Source of the DNA: Cladosporium halotolerans
Taxonomy: Eukaryota
Assembly: GCF_011745625.1 (NCBI RefSeq)
Contig: NW_027191526.1
Location: 1 to 32,675 of the forward strand
Direction: 5' to 3'
DNA length: 32,675 bases
Both the position numbers and the translations under genes were made by a program. Positions 1 through 11,120 of this stretch are shown piece by piece. The notes under the pieces are model-generated. The model worked only from the letters and a program-made list of their open reading frames with translations, searched no databases and was not told the origin of the DNA. Position 1 is the stretch's first letter. Every line of letters starts with the position of its first letter.

Positions 1-77
1 TTTTTATTAAAACCGTAGGGGTAAGTATTATGGTAAGCGTAATATTTCTACACCTAACCCCCCCCGTAAGTAAATAA

Positions 78-275
78 ACTATCCCTAAATTGAAAGTAAG
101 AACTAAAGGTGTAACAACTTGTGTATATGATAAATTACATAATTTAATTGAAGAATTTAGCACCATTAATAATGCAACTAAATATGCAGGTTTATCTACC
201 ACTACTGTAAGTAAGTATATTACAAAAAAGACCCTTTGAAACGATAGCTATTACTTTAAAATTAAGAAAAAGTAA
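78..275 (+). pseudogene. C-terminal fragment of a GIY-YIG-type homing endonuclease (NUMOD1-like DNA-binding motif)
   Basis: Code-4 translation ...TCVYDKLHNLIEEFSTINNATKYAGLSTTTVSKYITKKTLWNDSYYFKIKKK* matches the NUMOD1 pattern (VYD..LI.EF.SI..AA.Y.G.S..T.SKYI). In-frame TAA at 75-77 and no start codon. Confidence 0.65.
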
Positions 276-292
276 TTAGAAAAAAAAATATA

Positions 293-365
293 TATGTTGT
301 GGACTAATCGGTAAGTCATAAATTTTTGGTATTTACTATTGAGTGTTCGAATCACTCCAACATAA
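293..365 (+). tRNA. trnQ: tRNA-Gln(UUG)
   Basis: Acceptor TATGTTG/CAACATA, anticodon arm TAAAT-TT TTG GT-ATTTA, T loop TTCGAAT. Confidence 0.95.
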
Positions 366-395
366 AATCTAATCTATATTAGTAAATGTTATAAA

Positions 396-421
396 GGTGA
401 ATATAGTTCAATAGCCAGAAC
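396..421 (+). pseudogene. 5' fragment of a tRNA-His-like gene
   Basis: GGTGAATATAGTTCAATAGCCAGAAC matches the 5' end of the intact trnH at 21 of 26 positions, with D stem GTTC/GAAC. Confidence 0.45.
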
Positions 422-705
422 CATTTTCAATTATTTGTTTTTTTTTTCCTTTATTAAAAGTGGAAAAATCTTTATTAAGGAAACTACATAGATAACCTTT
501 CAAAGCAAAACGGAAACAATTTGTTTTAATATAGGAAAATATATAGTAGGTTTATAAATAGGTCAAGTTTAATAAAAAAAATAAATTATATATTAAAGCG
601 TACTTTTTAAGATCATGTATTGGCTGAATAAACAAAAAGGTTAAAAAAGAAAAAACAAAATAATATTACGCTTAATTTTTTATAGTAAGAATTATGCCTT
701 TACTT

Positions 706-807
706 AAAGGAATTAGCTCAATTGGTGGAGCAACCGTTTTACACACGGAAGGTTAGGTGTTCAAATCACCTATTCCTTATATTAAATTTTAATACATTTT
801 AAGATTA
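706..807 (+). repeat. 102-bp perfect inverted repeat (partner 21268-21369): trnV plus 3' flank
   Basis: Direct comparison with the reverse complement of 21268-21369. Confidence 0.9.
707..779 (+). tRNA. trnV: tRNA-Val(UAC), copy 1
   Basis: Acceptor AAGGAAT/ATTCCTT, anticodon TAC, T arm AGGTG-TTCAAAT-CACCT. Confidence 0.95.
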
Positions 808-835
808 TAATTCGACTACATTTTTTAATGTTTAA

Positions 836-1084
<249 letters not shown>

Positions 1085-1266
1085 AGATATCTTTAGGTAA
1101 CATATTAAACGATATGCATTTTGTTTTTTCTTTTTTTTTTTTATTTCCTTTATTTACTTTTTGTGATCTTGACGATCAAGGTAGAGGTGGATATAACGAT
1201 ATACTTGGATAGGTTTAGTATTTAATTACTTCTCGTATATAATTTGCGTTTATGTACAAAAAAAAA

Positions 1267-1334
1267 GGGGTAAATAGCTTAATAGGTAAAGCGGCCCTAT
1301 GTGGCAGTTCTTAGTTCAAATCTAGGTCTCCTCC
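1267..1334 (+). pseudogene. Degenerate tRNA-His copy (t-element-like) ending just before the nad2 ATG
   Basis: Aligns to the intact trnH: ATGTGGCA anticodon loop retained, D and T stems pair, about 7 nt deleted from the 3' anticodon stem/variable region. Confidence 0.75.
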
Positions 1335-1335
1335 T

Positions 1336-3036
1336 ATGTTAATTTCTTTATTAATTTCTTTATTAGTTTCTAACGCCGTTACTTTAAGACGGGACAAATC
1401 AATATTGTTTTCCAGAGTAGTAATAACTGGTTTACTTTTTGCCAGTTTTTTAGCTTTAAACAATTTATTTATTAAAACACTGGAAAAAGGTATAGGAATA
1501 TACGGTGGATTGTTTAATGTTACAACATTCACACAATCTTTCAATATATTTATATTATTAATTAGTGCAGTAATACTAGTGTTAACTGCTTTTTATCCTA
1601 GAAAAATTTTTATAAAAGAACAATCATCTTTTTATAAATTGTTAACTACTAAATTAACATATAATAAAAACACCATATCAAATAAGACATCAGAACAGTT
1701 TCGTATAATAGAATATGCCCTTATAATAGTATTTATTTTATGCGGAGCAGTATTTTTAATGAGTACAGCAGATTTAATTTCTGTTTTCTTGTCCATAGAA
1801 TTACAGAGTTATGGTTTATATATACTTTCTACATTATATAGAGATTCAGAGTCAGCTACTGCTAGTGGATTAACATATTTTTTATTAGGAGGATTATCTT
1901 CTTGTTTTATCTTATTAGGTTCAGCTTTACTATATGTTAATTCTGGTACTACTAATTTAGATAACATATATGTTATAAGTAGTATAAGTGAAATAGAAGA
2001 TTTAACTAGTCTTACATACTGATACCAACCATATTACTTACATCTATCATTAATTATATTATCGGTAGGATTTTTATTTAAAGTAAGTGCTGCTCCATTC
2101 CACTTTTGATCTCCTGATGTTTACGATGGTATACCTACAATAGTAACTACTTATGTAGCTATAGTGGCTAAAATATCTATATTTGCTTTCTTTTTAGAAT
2201 TAGTTTTCTACACAGAGTATTCTTATTTAAATTTCTCTTGAAAAAATATACTATTGTTAAGTAGTTTATTTTCTCTAGTGATAGGGTCTGTTTTAGGTTT
2301 AACACAATTTAGAATAAAAAGATTATTCGCATATAGTACTATTAGTCATGTAGGATTTATATTATTAGCCTTAACTATAAATAAAGCGGAATCTATACAA
2401 GCATACATTTTTTATATATTACAATACTCTATCTCAAATTTAAACGCGTTTATTATATTAGTAACTATAGGGTTTACTTTATATTTACATGTATACAAAG
2501 ACAAAGAATATAAAAATTTACTTGATGTTAATAACTCACCTATACAACTTATTAATCAAATAAAAGGTTATTTTTATGTTAATCCTTACATAGCTATAAG
2601 TTTAGCTATTACTTTATTTTCATTTGTAGGAGTTCCTCCTTTAATAGGATTCTTTGCTAAACAGATGGTTTTAAGTGCTGCTTTAGATAACGGTTACATA
2701 TTTATCACTCTTGTAGCAATATTAACTAGTGTTATAGGAGCTGGTTATTACCTTAGTCTAATAAAACAAATTTTCTTTTTTAAAGACGATTACAAAATAA
2801 ACCCTTCTATAAATAATTTAAATTTAGTTGCTTACATTAATCCTGCTTCTTTTTCAGCAAAAAATGATACATCTAGTGGTGTTAAAGTGGAATTTAAGCC
2901 AAGCGATATAACAATAAATAGTGCATTAAGTAGTACTATTTCTGTATTAACTCTTTTACTTATATTATTTATATATATACCCGGAGAATGATTTAATATA
3001 GTTAGTATTCTTAGTCTTATATTGTTTAAAGCTTAG
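1336..3036 (+). CDS. nad2: NADH dehydrogenase subunit 2 (566 aa, code 4)
   Basis: ORF-track fragments join through TGA=Trp; motifs [44 protein letters not shown] at 3034-3036 abuts the nad3 ATG. Confidence 0.97.
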
Positions 3037-3408
3037 ATGACAAGTCAAACATTTTTTCTTATATTTATACCTATTTTAGCTATTGTATTATTAGCTGTAA
3101 ATCTAATTTTTGCACCTCATAACCCGTACGAAGAAAAAGACAGTGCTTTCGAGTGTGGATTTCATTCATTTTTAGGGCAAAATAGAAGTGAGTTCAGTAT
3201 ATCTTTTTTCATATTTGCTTTACTATTTTTATTATTTGACTTAGAAATACTATTAGTATACCCTTATGTAGTAAGTGCGTATGCTAACGGTATATTTGGT
3301 CTAATTATAATGCTTATATTCTTCTTGGTATTAACTTTAGGGTTTGCTTTTGAATTAGGTAAAAATGCACTATCAATAGAAAGTAGACAAGGTAATTACA
3401 CAAGATAA
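3037..3408 (+). CDS. nad3: NADH dehydrogenase subunit 3
   Basis: 123 aa with FECGF and FLLFDLEI; canonical nad2-nad3 pair. Confidence 0.98.
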   Translation: MTSQTFFLIFIPILAIVLLAVNLIFAPHNPYEEKDSAFECGFHSFLGQNRSEFSISFFIFALLFLLFDLEILLVYPYVVSAYANGIFGLIIMLIFFLVLTLGFAFELGKNALSIESRQGNYTR

Positions 3409-3426
3409 AAAAAAAAATTTTTTTTT
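3407..3426. terminator. A-run/T-run palindrome at the nad3 stop, in the convergent nad3/nad5 spacer
   Basis: A11 followed by T9; similar palindromes near 10895 and 15728. Function is inferred only. Confidence 0.25.
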
Positions 3427-3798
3427 AATATATACACAGACTACTTAAACATAGTATACGGTGTTTATATAACTAGTGTATATATTATAAGTTTTATTAA
3501 TGTTATCCATAACTGTTCAGTTGTAAACATATCTGTTACGAGTCAAAAATTTCTATGTACCTAGTTCATGATATATGATTACTTATTAAAATTTATACGT
3601 TAAATCAATCCTACTTCTATTGCCGATTTAAACCACCGGCACATAAAATATAACCACTAAACCAGTAATAGTTTATATTATATATTACGAATATACACAA
3701 GCGTATAATTATTAATAGATAGATATTAATATTAATTATGAAGAAATAAACTTTCATATCCACATACATTTTCAATATATTTGACTTGTTTTTTTTTT

Positions 3799-6700
3799 TT
3801 ATTTTTTTCTAGCTAAGCTTATTAAAGCAAATAGTATTATGATTAATAGATTATTATCTATTACATATAAGTATGGTATTAAAATATAGAAAGTTAAACC
3901 AAGTAAAATATATAATGCATACGATGTTATTACACCTGTATCCAGGTTAGATATATTTTTACTTAAACTAACTAAACCTTTTTCTAAACCGTAAGGACCT
4001 ATTAATTCTATAGAACCTTTATCAAGAACTTTAGTTGTTTGTCCTCCTAATTTTAAAACCAGATCTGTTATGTATCTGTTATAAAATAATTCAACTAAGA
4101 AACGTTGATTAAAGAAACCAAATAAATTGTAACCAAATCTAGATAATTTAAAATGAGTTAATACTTTAGGTATAAACTCGGATAATACCAGAGATAAAAT
4201 ACTCAATGAAACAGTAAGTATTAAAGGTAATATTTTAAATAAAGTAGGCACAGCAAACTCAGTATCTAACAGTATTTCATGTGAAGGGTGAATAAATAAA
4301 CTATTGTCTATAAAGAAACTAGTACCTAAACCTATAAATATATCTTTAGTAATGTAACCAAAGAATATAGAGAATACGGCTAATATCATTAAAGGTAAAC
4401 TCATGAAAATATCTCCTTCATGGGCATTCTTGTAATTTATTAAAGGCCCATTAGGGTTAGTTAAGAATGTTAAATATAAAACTTTAACTGAGTACAGAGT
4501 AGTAAACATTGCACCTATTGTTGAAACAAAGTATACTGCTGTACCAGAAAAATAATATTGACCGTATGCAGACTCAATAATAAAATCTTTAGAATAAAAC
4601 CCTGTCATAAAAGGGAAAGCTACTAAACTTAATGAAGCAATTAATATAACTGAATAAGTTAAAGGTAAGAAAGCTTTTAGTCCCCCGTATTTTCTAAAAT
4701 CTTGATTATCTGCTACTGCGTGTATTACAGCTCCAGCACCTAAAAATAAAAGTGCTTTATAAAAAGCGTGATTCACTAAATGAAATAATGCTATATTATA
4801 AGAAGATAAACCTACTGCTATAACCATCATTCCCAATTGCAATATATCTTTAATTGTATATTTGGACCATTTCTTTAATAATTATATGTAATATATTACA
4901 TGTACTTTTCTCATTTATCTTTAAATTCCACTCAATTTTTAAGTTTTAATACATCTTGGTTATTTTTACTTAATCTAACATTAAAAAACTCTTTTATTAA
5001 TATCATACGATTGTGTTTTAAGGTTCTTAAAGGGTATTTTACAAAATAGTTATCTATTATGTTAAAAAGTTCGGTTTTTCTATATATAATATATTTGAAG
5101 GCACTACCTTTTGCGTTGCTAGGATCAACACGCCCACCGTATATGTTTATAAGAGGCTCTAATAGATAAATATTTTTCTGTGTTGCAGATATGAATACCT
5201 GTCCGCTTACAGAGTTAAAATATATTGAACCATCACTATCGAGAAATCCGCTAAATCAACCATTGTTAAATGTTAATGGTTTAGGATATATTAATTGTAT
5301 ATTATACTTAACGCAAAATTTATGTAATTGTAATAAACGTGTAGGATTTCTTATTTCACCATTTACCGCATGTATTAAACTGATTAAACCTTTTTTATTA
5401 CTTAAATTATATCTTAGTGCATTAGCATTTGCTATAGTATTAATACTACCCCCAAATCTATGCATAATATCATAAAGTGCTTTTTTATCCCTAATGTCCA
5501 TAACAATATATAAACGAGCTGACCCTTTTTTAGACAAAAGAAAGTGTCCATCTCCATCGATAAGACCTGCTAATCATTGATTAAACTCTTTTGAAGCTAT
5601 TTTGCAAACATTATTTGTAATGTCTAAACTACAATTTTTTCTAGCTAGACTATTACGACTTATATCATATTTTAAGTAAAAAGAATTATTTGTACAAACC
5701 TTAATTAATAAGCAAATACAAATATAAAGATAAAGAGAAAAATATATTATTATCAAACGTATGGCCTCTGAGATTCCTACTCACTTGCTTATAGCAACCA
5801 CTTTTCACTTTTCAATTAGTCGCTTCGCGATAAAACTATTTTTGTCGCTTCGCGCTAAAACTAAAAGTCAACATTTGTTGATAAGTGAATTAAAAAAGCA
5901 ATTGCTAATGTTTAAATCAATAAAGTGAAATGAATTAGATCATTTCTTATGATAAAAACGAGCTTTGGTTATCTGCGAATTAATTGTATTTAATACAACC
6001 TCTACGCATATAGTTTGATGCTTGAATATAATAGTATTATAATATATATTATATTCTCGAGCCAATTGACTCATTGTAGAATAAGCTATAACTTTTTTAA
6101 TATCTTGTTGGAATAAACCAATAAGAGAACTAAATATGGTTGTAATTGCTCCTAATCATAAACAAAGTACTAAAACTGTGTTACTATATTCTATTAAAGG
6201 AGAACTACGCATTAATAAGTATACTCCAGCAGTAACCATAGTAGCGGCGTGTATTAAAGCAGAAACAGGTGTAGGACCCTCCATCGCCATAGGTAATCAG
6301 ATATGTAGTCCTACTTGTGAACTTTTAGCCATAGCACCTATTAATAAACAGATACCAACTAGTGTTACTATATTATCACTTACAAATGGTGCAGTTGAAA
6401 ATACTGTAGCATAGTCTAGATTACCAAAACTTCATATAATAGCAAACATACCTATAGTTAAAAAACAATCCCCTACTCTATTTGTTAAAAAAGCAGAAAG
6501 AGAACTTTGGTTAGCTGCTATTCTAGTGAATCAGAAACTAACTAGTAAGTAAGAACATACTCCAACTCCTTCTCATCCTACAAACATTAGTAAGAAATTA
6601 TTAGCTGTTACAAGTATAATCATCATAAATGTGAATAAACTTAAGTAACTAAAAAATCTTTGATTATGAGGATCATGACTCATATAACCTATAGAGTATA

Positions 6701-6992
6701 AATGTACTAATGAAGATACAATTAGCACAGGTATTAACATTGATACTGTTAAAGAATCGAAGTTAAAACTTCATAAAACATTTAAGGACTCTGAATCTAT
6801 TCATCTAAATAATTGAATGGAAACAGGTGCATTATTCATACCTACCTCAAAAAAAGCCAAAATAGAAAGAGCAGTAGTAGTGAAAACAGATAAACATGTT
6901 ATTAATTGAGCTCCACTAACTCCTACTTTTCTTCCAAAAAAACCAGATACAATTGAACCTAATAAAGGTAATATTATTATGGCTAAATACAT
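3799..6992 (-). CDS. nad5: NADH dehydrogenase subunit 5; exon 1 6992-6069 (924 nt), exon 2 4839-3799; 654 aa
   Basis: [13 protein letters not shown] start; [34 protein letters not shown] is restored by splicing. Confidence 0.96.
4840..6068 (-). mobile_element. Group I intron in nad5 after nt 924 (1229 nt)
   Basis: Exon ends in U and intron ends in G. P1 GAGU|C..GGCUC. Core motifs AACTATATGCG, AATTCGCAGATAACC, CTCAGAGGCCATACG, AAGAAATGGTCCA. Confidence 0.92.
4896..6068 (-). CDS. Intron-encoded double-motif LAGLIDADG endonuclease/maturase, in frame with nad5 exon 1 (390 codons)
   Basis: Open in code 4 from the 5' splice site (QLAREY...NSQITKAR...GISEAIRL) through [10 protein letters not shown] and [10 protein letters not shown] to TAA at 4896-4898. 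Confidence 0.92.
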
Positions 6993-7261
6993 TATTTAAA
7001 TTCTATTGCTACACTTCCTCTTAATCTATAAAAAGCTACTAAAATACCTAAACCTATGGCTGATTCTGCTCCAGCTATTGATATTATGTATATTGCATAT
7101 GTTTGACCTAATATATCGTCAAAACTAAGTGAACCTAATAAAATTAAAAATGTAATAGCTAATAACATTATTTCAATTGAAATAAGCATTAGTATAATAT
7201 TTCTTCTATTTAAAACAAAACCTAAAATACCTATTAAAAAAAGAATAAGCGATAAATTCAT
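6992..7261 (-). CDS. nad4L: NADH dehydrogenase subunit 4L
   Basis: 89 aa with [10 protein letters not shown] and AGAESAIGL; 1-nt TAATG overlap with nad5. Confidence 0.98.
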   Translation of the reverse strand: MNLSLILFLIGILGFVLNRRNIILMLISIEIMLLAITFLILLGSLSFDDILGQTYAIYIISIAGAESAIGLGILVAFYRLRGSVAIEFK

Positions 7262-7332
7262 ACTTTTATGTAAATAAAAAAAAGATAAAGAACAAAAAAC
7301 TTTTTTATTAACGAAATAAAAATATGTAAATG

Positions 7333-7869
7333 CTATTGGCTTTGTTTAACAGTTAATCTAGTCATACCACTAGTGATATTTACTCTTTCCACAGGTAAAC
7401 CCTCAGATAATATAGTATTATTTGTTTCCAGAGTTGTTAGTGTTACAGTAGACACTTGTAGTTCAAGACATTTTTGTCCATTAACAACAGGATTGTCAAA
7501 TAATAATCTAGGAGAAAAAATAAAGCCCTGCATACCTAAGTGAGTATAAGGTTGGTAATTTCTACCTCAACACAATGCACCTAACAATATACCATCAGCA
7601 TGTGACTTATCATGTAAAAAACCTCAATTACCCCTCCGACCTGGAACACCATGAGGTATTAATCTAATAGATAGATCTATCTCTTGATTAGGGCCACGAT
7701 TCTTTTCCATTTCTTTAAGTCTTTTGTCCATATCTTCTTTATAGTTAAAAAGGCCAGTTATAGATAAAGAAAAAATAAGAAGAAATATTATACTAATTCA
7801 AAAATAATCCTTTAAGATTGGATTATCAAATAATGGTAAATTACCATAGTAGTTTGTCATATATGTCAT
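7333..7869 (-). CDS. Orphan ORF, 178 aa, one N-terminal hydrophobic segment
   Basis: Open in code 4: MTYMTNYYGNLPLFDNPILKDYFWISIIFLLIFSLSITGLFNYKEDMDKRLKEMEKNRG...TRLTVKQSQ*. Same strand as its neighbours. Confidence 0.7.
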
Positions 7870-7925
7870 AAAAATTATAATAAAAAAAAAGTAAGGAACA
7901 AAAACCTTTTTTTTTTTTATACAAA

Positions 7926-9137
7926 CTAAGAACCTCAATAGTAAACAGATAAGAATAGAAATAATCAGACTACATCAACAAAATGTCAGTATAGTATTCC
8001 AGCTTCTAAACCTAAATGGTGATTTTCAGTTAAGTGGTATGCTAATAAACGTCAAAATCCTACACCTATAAATATTGTACCAATAATAACGTGTAGTCCA
8101 TGAAACCCAGTTCCAAAGTAGAAACAAGATCCAAAGGCACCATCTGATAAAGTGAATGAAGAAACTGAATATTCTACACCTTGGAAAGCAGTAAATACTA
8201 AAGCTAAAACTATAGTAAACATTGCTCCGTATAAGGCTCCGTTTCTATTTCCTTGTATTAAGGAATGGTGACAGTAAGTAATTGTAACACCACTTGCTAA
8301 TAATAAAACTGTATTAAGTAATGGTAATTCAAAAGCATTTATTGCTTCTATACCCATAGGAGGTCACTGAGCTCCTAGTTCTACAGTAGGTGATAGTGCA
8401 CTATGAAAGTAAGCTCAGAATATAGCTAAGAAAAATAAACCTTCACTAACTATAAATAAAGCTACTCCCATGTTTAATCCTCTTTGCACTGCTAAAGTGT
8501 GATTTCCTAAGTAAGTCGTATATTCAATAAATTTCTTTACTGACTGGACTATCTTATAATTAATAGGTTAAATATAAATTATTTAACGTATTAACATTTT
8601 ACATATAGTCTCTGAGGATCCTACTAAGATAAGTCCGTTGGTTTCCTGCTGATTACCCATTGTAATATCCTCTATATTTTCACTCAACTTTACTTATTGT
8701 ATACTTTTAAGATGGAGTGCTAGAGGCTTTAGGGGTTTCCAGCATATAGTAAAATTTAAAGAGGGCACTTTAAAGGGTTTATATGTATATTACATTTTGT
8801 TATTATTCATGGCATGAGCTATCGATAAATAATTTTCTACTTTTTCAGCTGTAATAGATTTAGTAATCTTCAAAGTATAATTGAGATTAAGGAGATATCG
8901 TAATAAGCTTTTCGCTCTACCCTCTGATACTACGTCTCTAAATCAGAAAAACATACTTGACATTACTAATACTAGTGCACATGATAATCAAAAACCTGCA
9001 TTAGTAAAACCATGCATTGTTAATACACCTGAAGTAGTTAAAGTTAAAAGACTAATACAAGTAAATATTGGTCAAGGAGAAGGGGATACTAAATGAAAAG
9101 GGTGTCCTTGAAAAGCACTTCTATTTAAATTGGACAT
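7926..9137 (-). CDS. cox3: Cytochrome c oxidase subunit 3; exon 1 9137-8919 (219 nt), exon 2 8516-7926; 269 aa
   Basis: HPFHLVSPSPWP, RDVVSEG|TYLGNHT, GFHGLHV, YWHFVDVVW. Confidence 0.97.
8517..8918 (-). mobile_element. Group I intron (IB-like) in cox3 after nt 219, 402 nt, no intact ORF
   Basis: U/G boundaries; core motifs ACTATATGCTGGAAAC, GTAATCAGCAGGAAACC, CCTCAGAGACTATATG, AAGATAGTCCA. Confidence 0.92.
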
Positions 9138-9551
9138 AACAATTATTGTTTAGACTAAATACAAAAAATAAAAATATTTTATTATCTTATGGATAAAACT
9201 AAGCCAGTTTAAGTTGTTGCATATAATACTAAAATAAAACTTAATATAGGGTTGTTTTTTCACTTTCTTAATAAAAAAATTAAGATATAATTACTGTTAA
9301 AGACCAAAGCTTTAGCTTTTATAAGTATACCTAGTAAGTACTGGACTTTGCGACAACATTAATAAATGTAGTAATACAATATTTATCACATAAAAGATTA
9401 ATGTAAAATATTATTATTTTATTTTTTTTTAATAGGAATAGTACTAGTTAGTATACTATTCCTTGTTCTCTATCCATCATATTTATGAGGTCATAAATAT
9501 AAGTGCCCCCATATTTATGGTTAAGATAACCTCTAAGTTGAACTATTAAAT

Positions 9552-10322
9552 TTAATGTAAATCTAGTGAGTCTTTTATGTATGAGCATGTTAAAACCACA
9601 AAAACCTGACTCTGTATAAAAGCAATACCTAATTCTAAACCAGAAAATGCTATAATAAAAGCTAAAGGAAAGAATCCTAAGAAGAAGTATATGAAACCTG
9701 AAGTCATTATATTATAAGTAAATCCACTTAAAATATTTAAAAGCATATGACCAGATAATATGTTCGCTGCTAATCTTAGACCTAATGATACATTTCTAGC
9801 TAAGTAAGATATAAATTCAATTAAAACTAGTAAAGGTAATAATCCTAATGGACAACCAGCAGGAACAAATAGAGAAAAGAATTGTAAACCGTGTTTACTA
9901 AATCCTAATATAGTTGCACCTAATACTATTGTAAAACTTAATGAGAAAGTTAATGCAAAGTGACTAGTTGAAGCAAAACTGTAAGGAACCATACCTATTA
10001 AATTGTTAACTAGTATAAATAAGAATAATACATACATAAATGGAAAGTATACTTGACCTTTTTTGTCATTAATTTGACTAACTACTATACTGTGTACAGT
10101 AGCGTATATAGATTCTTGATATACTGATCAAGCATTTGATACAACTCTATTGTTGTTATTAGATAGAAGGCTAATAGTAAATACTAAAACACCTGCTATA
10201 GTTAAATATAACCCTATGTTTGTTAAAGAGATAGAAAGATTACCTAGTACAGGAGCGTCTAGGCTTATTAAATTTCTTATCTCAAATTGATCTAATGGAC
10301 TAATTATGTTAGAAAAGTTCAT
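9552..10322 (-). CDS. atp6: ATP synthase F0 subunit 6 (a), 256 aa
   Basis: SPLDQFEI and SLGLRLAANILSGH; fragments join through TGA=Trp. Confidence 0.98.
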
Positions 10323-10355
10323 AAATTTATAAAAATTTAAATATCTATTTAAACA

Positions 10356-10435
10356 ATGAAAAGCGGGTAAAGGCTAGTGGAGAACACGCTTTTCATAGGG
10401 AAGTGTGTAAAGGCTAGTAGATAAGACGCTTCCCT
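10356..10435. repeat. Two adjacent 40-nt stem-loops sharing the loop GTAAAGGCTAGT but with different stems
   Basis: Stems ATGAAAAGCG/CGCTTTTCAT and AGGGAAGTGT/ACGCTTCCCT. Confidence 0.75.
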
Positions 10436-10526
10436 TTATAACTATGTTATTTTTGAATGTATAAGTTAATATACATCATAGCAAGAAAAAAAAATCTACT
10501 TAAATAATGAAAGCCGGGTATAGTAA

Positions 10527-10673
10527 TTACAATTTGCTTATGAAAACACGTGTAGTGAATAAACGAACAAATCTAGGTAATATGTATTTACTAAATACAT
10601 AAATTAAACCAGCAATTATTGCAAATGCAAATGTTACTTGGTTTATGAAAAAAAATGGAACTAATTGAGGCAT
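10527..10673 (-). CDS. atp8: ATP synthase F0 subunit 8, 48 aa
   Basis: [12 protein letters not shown]...LPRFVRLF; true ATG at 10673. Confidence 0.97.
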   Translation of the reverse strand: MPQLVPFFFINQVTFAFAIIAGLIYVFSKYILPRFVRLFTTRVFISKL

Positions 10674-10982
10674 ATTTTTAATAATAATGTTAATTGTCAC
10701 TAATCTTCCTAAATTAAACAAAATAAATCTCTGTGACTAAGTGTAATTAAACACAGGGCTCTTAATGCGATTAAAGTATTATAATTTATGCAGTAAAACT
10801 TATATAAATAAGTCAGGTTTATTATATATGAAGTTGCTAAAAAGAAAATTACACTTTACTCTAGCTAGATAACATATGTAAAAATGTTAAATAGAAAAAA
10901 AAATTTTTTTTGTGTTATTGCATTTAAAAGAAAAACCTAAAATTAATACCAATAAAAAATGAGCTATACATTTTTCGAATGC

Positions 10983-11120
10983 TTTAATAAATAAATTGTT
11001 TAAAGCTAAAAAACTGGCAAAAAGTAAACCAGTTATTACTACTCTGGAAAACAATATTGATTTGTCCCGTCTTAAAGTAACGGCGTTAGAAACTAATAAA
11101 GAAATTAATAAAGAAATTAA
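10983..11120 (-). repeat. 138-bp perfect inverted copy of the nad2 5' end (1339-1476), with ATG changed to ATA
   Basis: Reverse complement is identical to nad2 codons 2-47. Confidence 0.92.

Noticed and set aside
2020..2253. Apparent fragmentation or pseudogenisation of nad2, nad4, cob, cox2 and others
   Set aside because: All breaks are TGA at Trp positions and tRNA-Trp(UCA) is present, so code 4 applies.
10674..10721. 16-aa N-terminal extension of atp8 in the track
   Set aside because: It starts at a non-ATG codon; the conserved MPQL start is at 10673.
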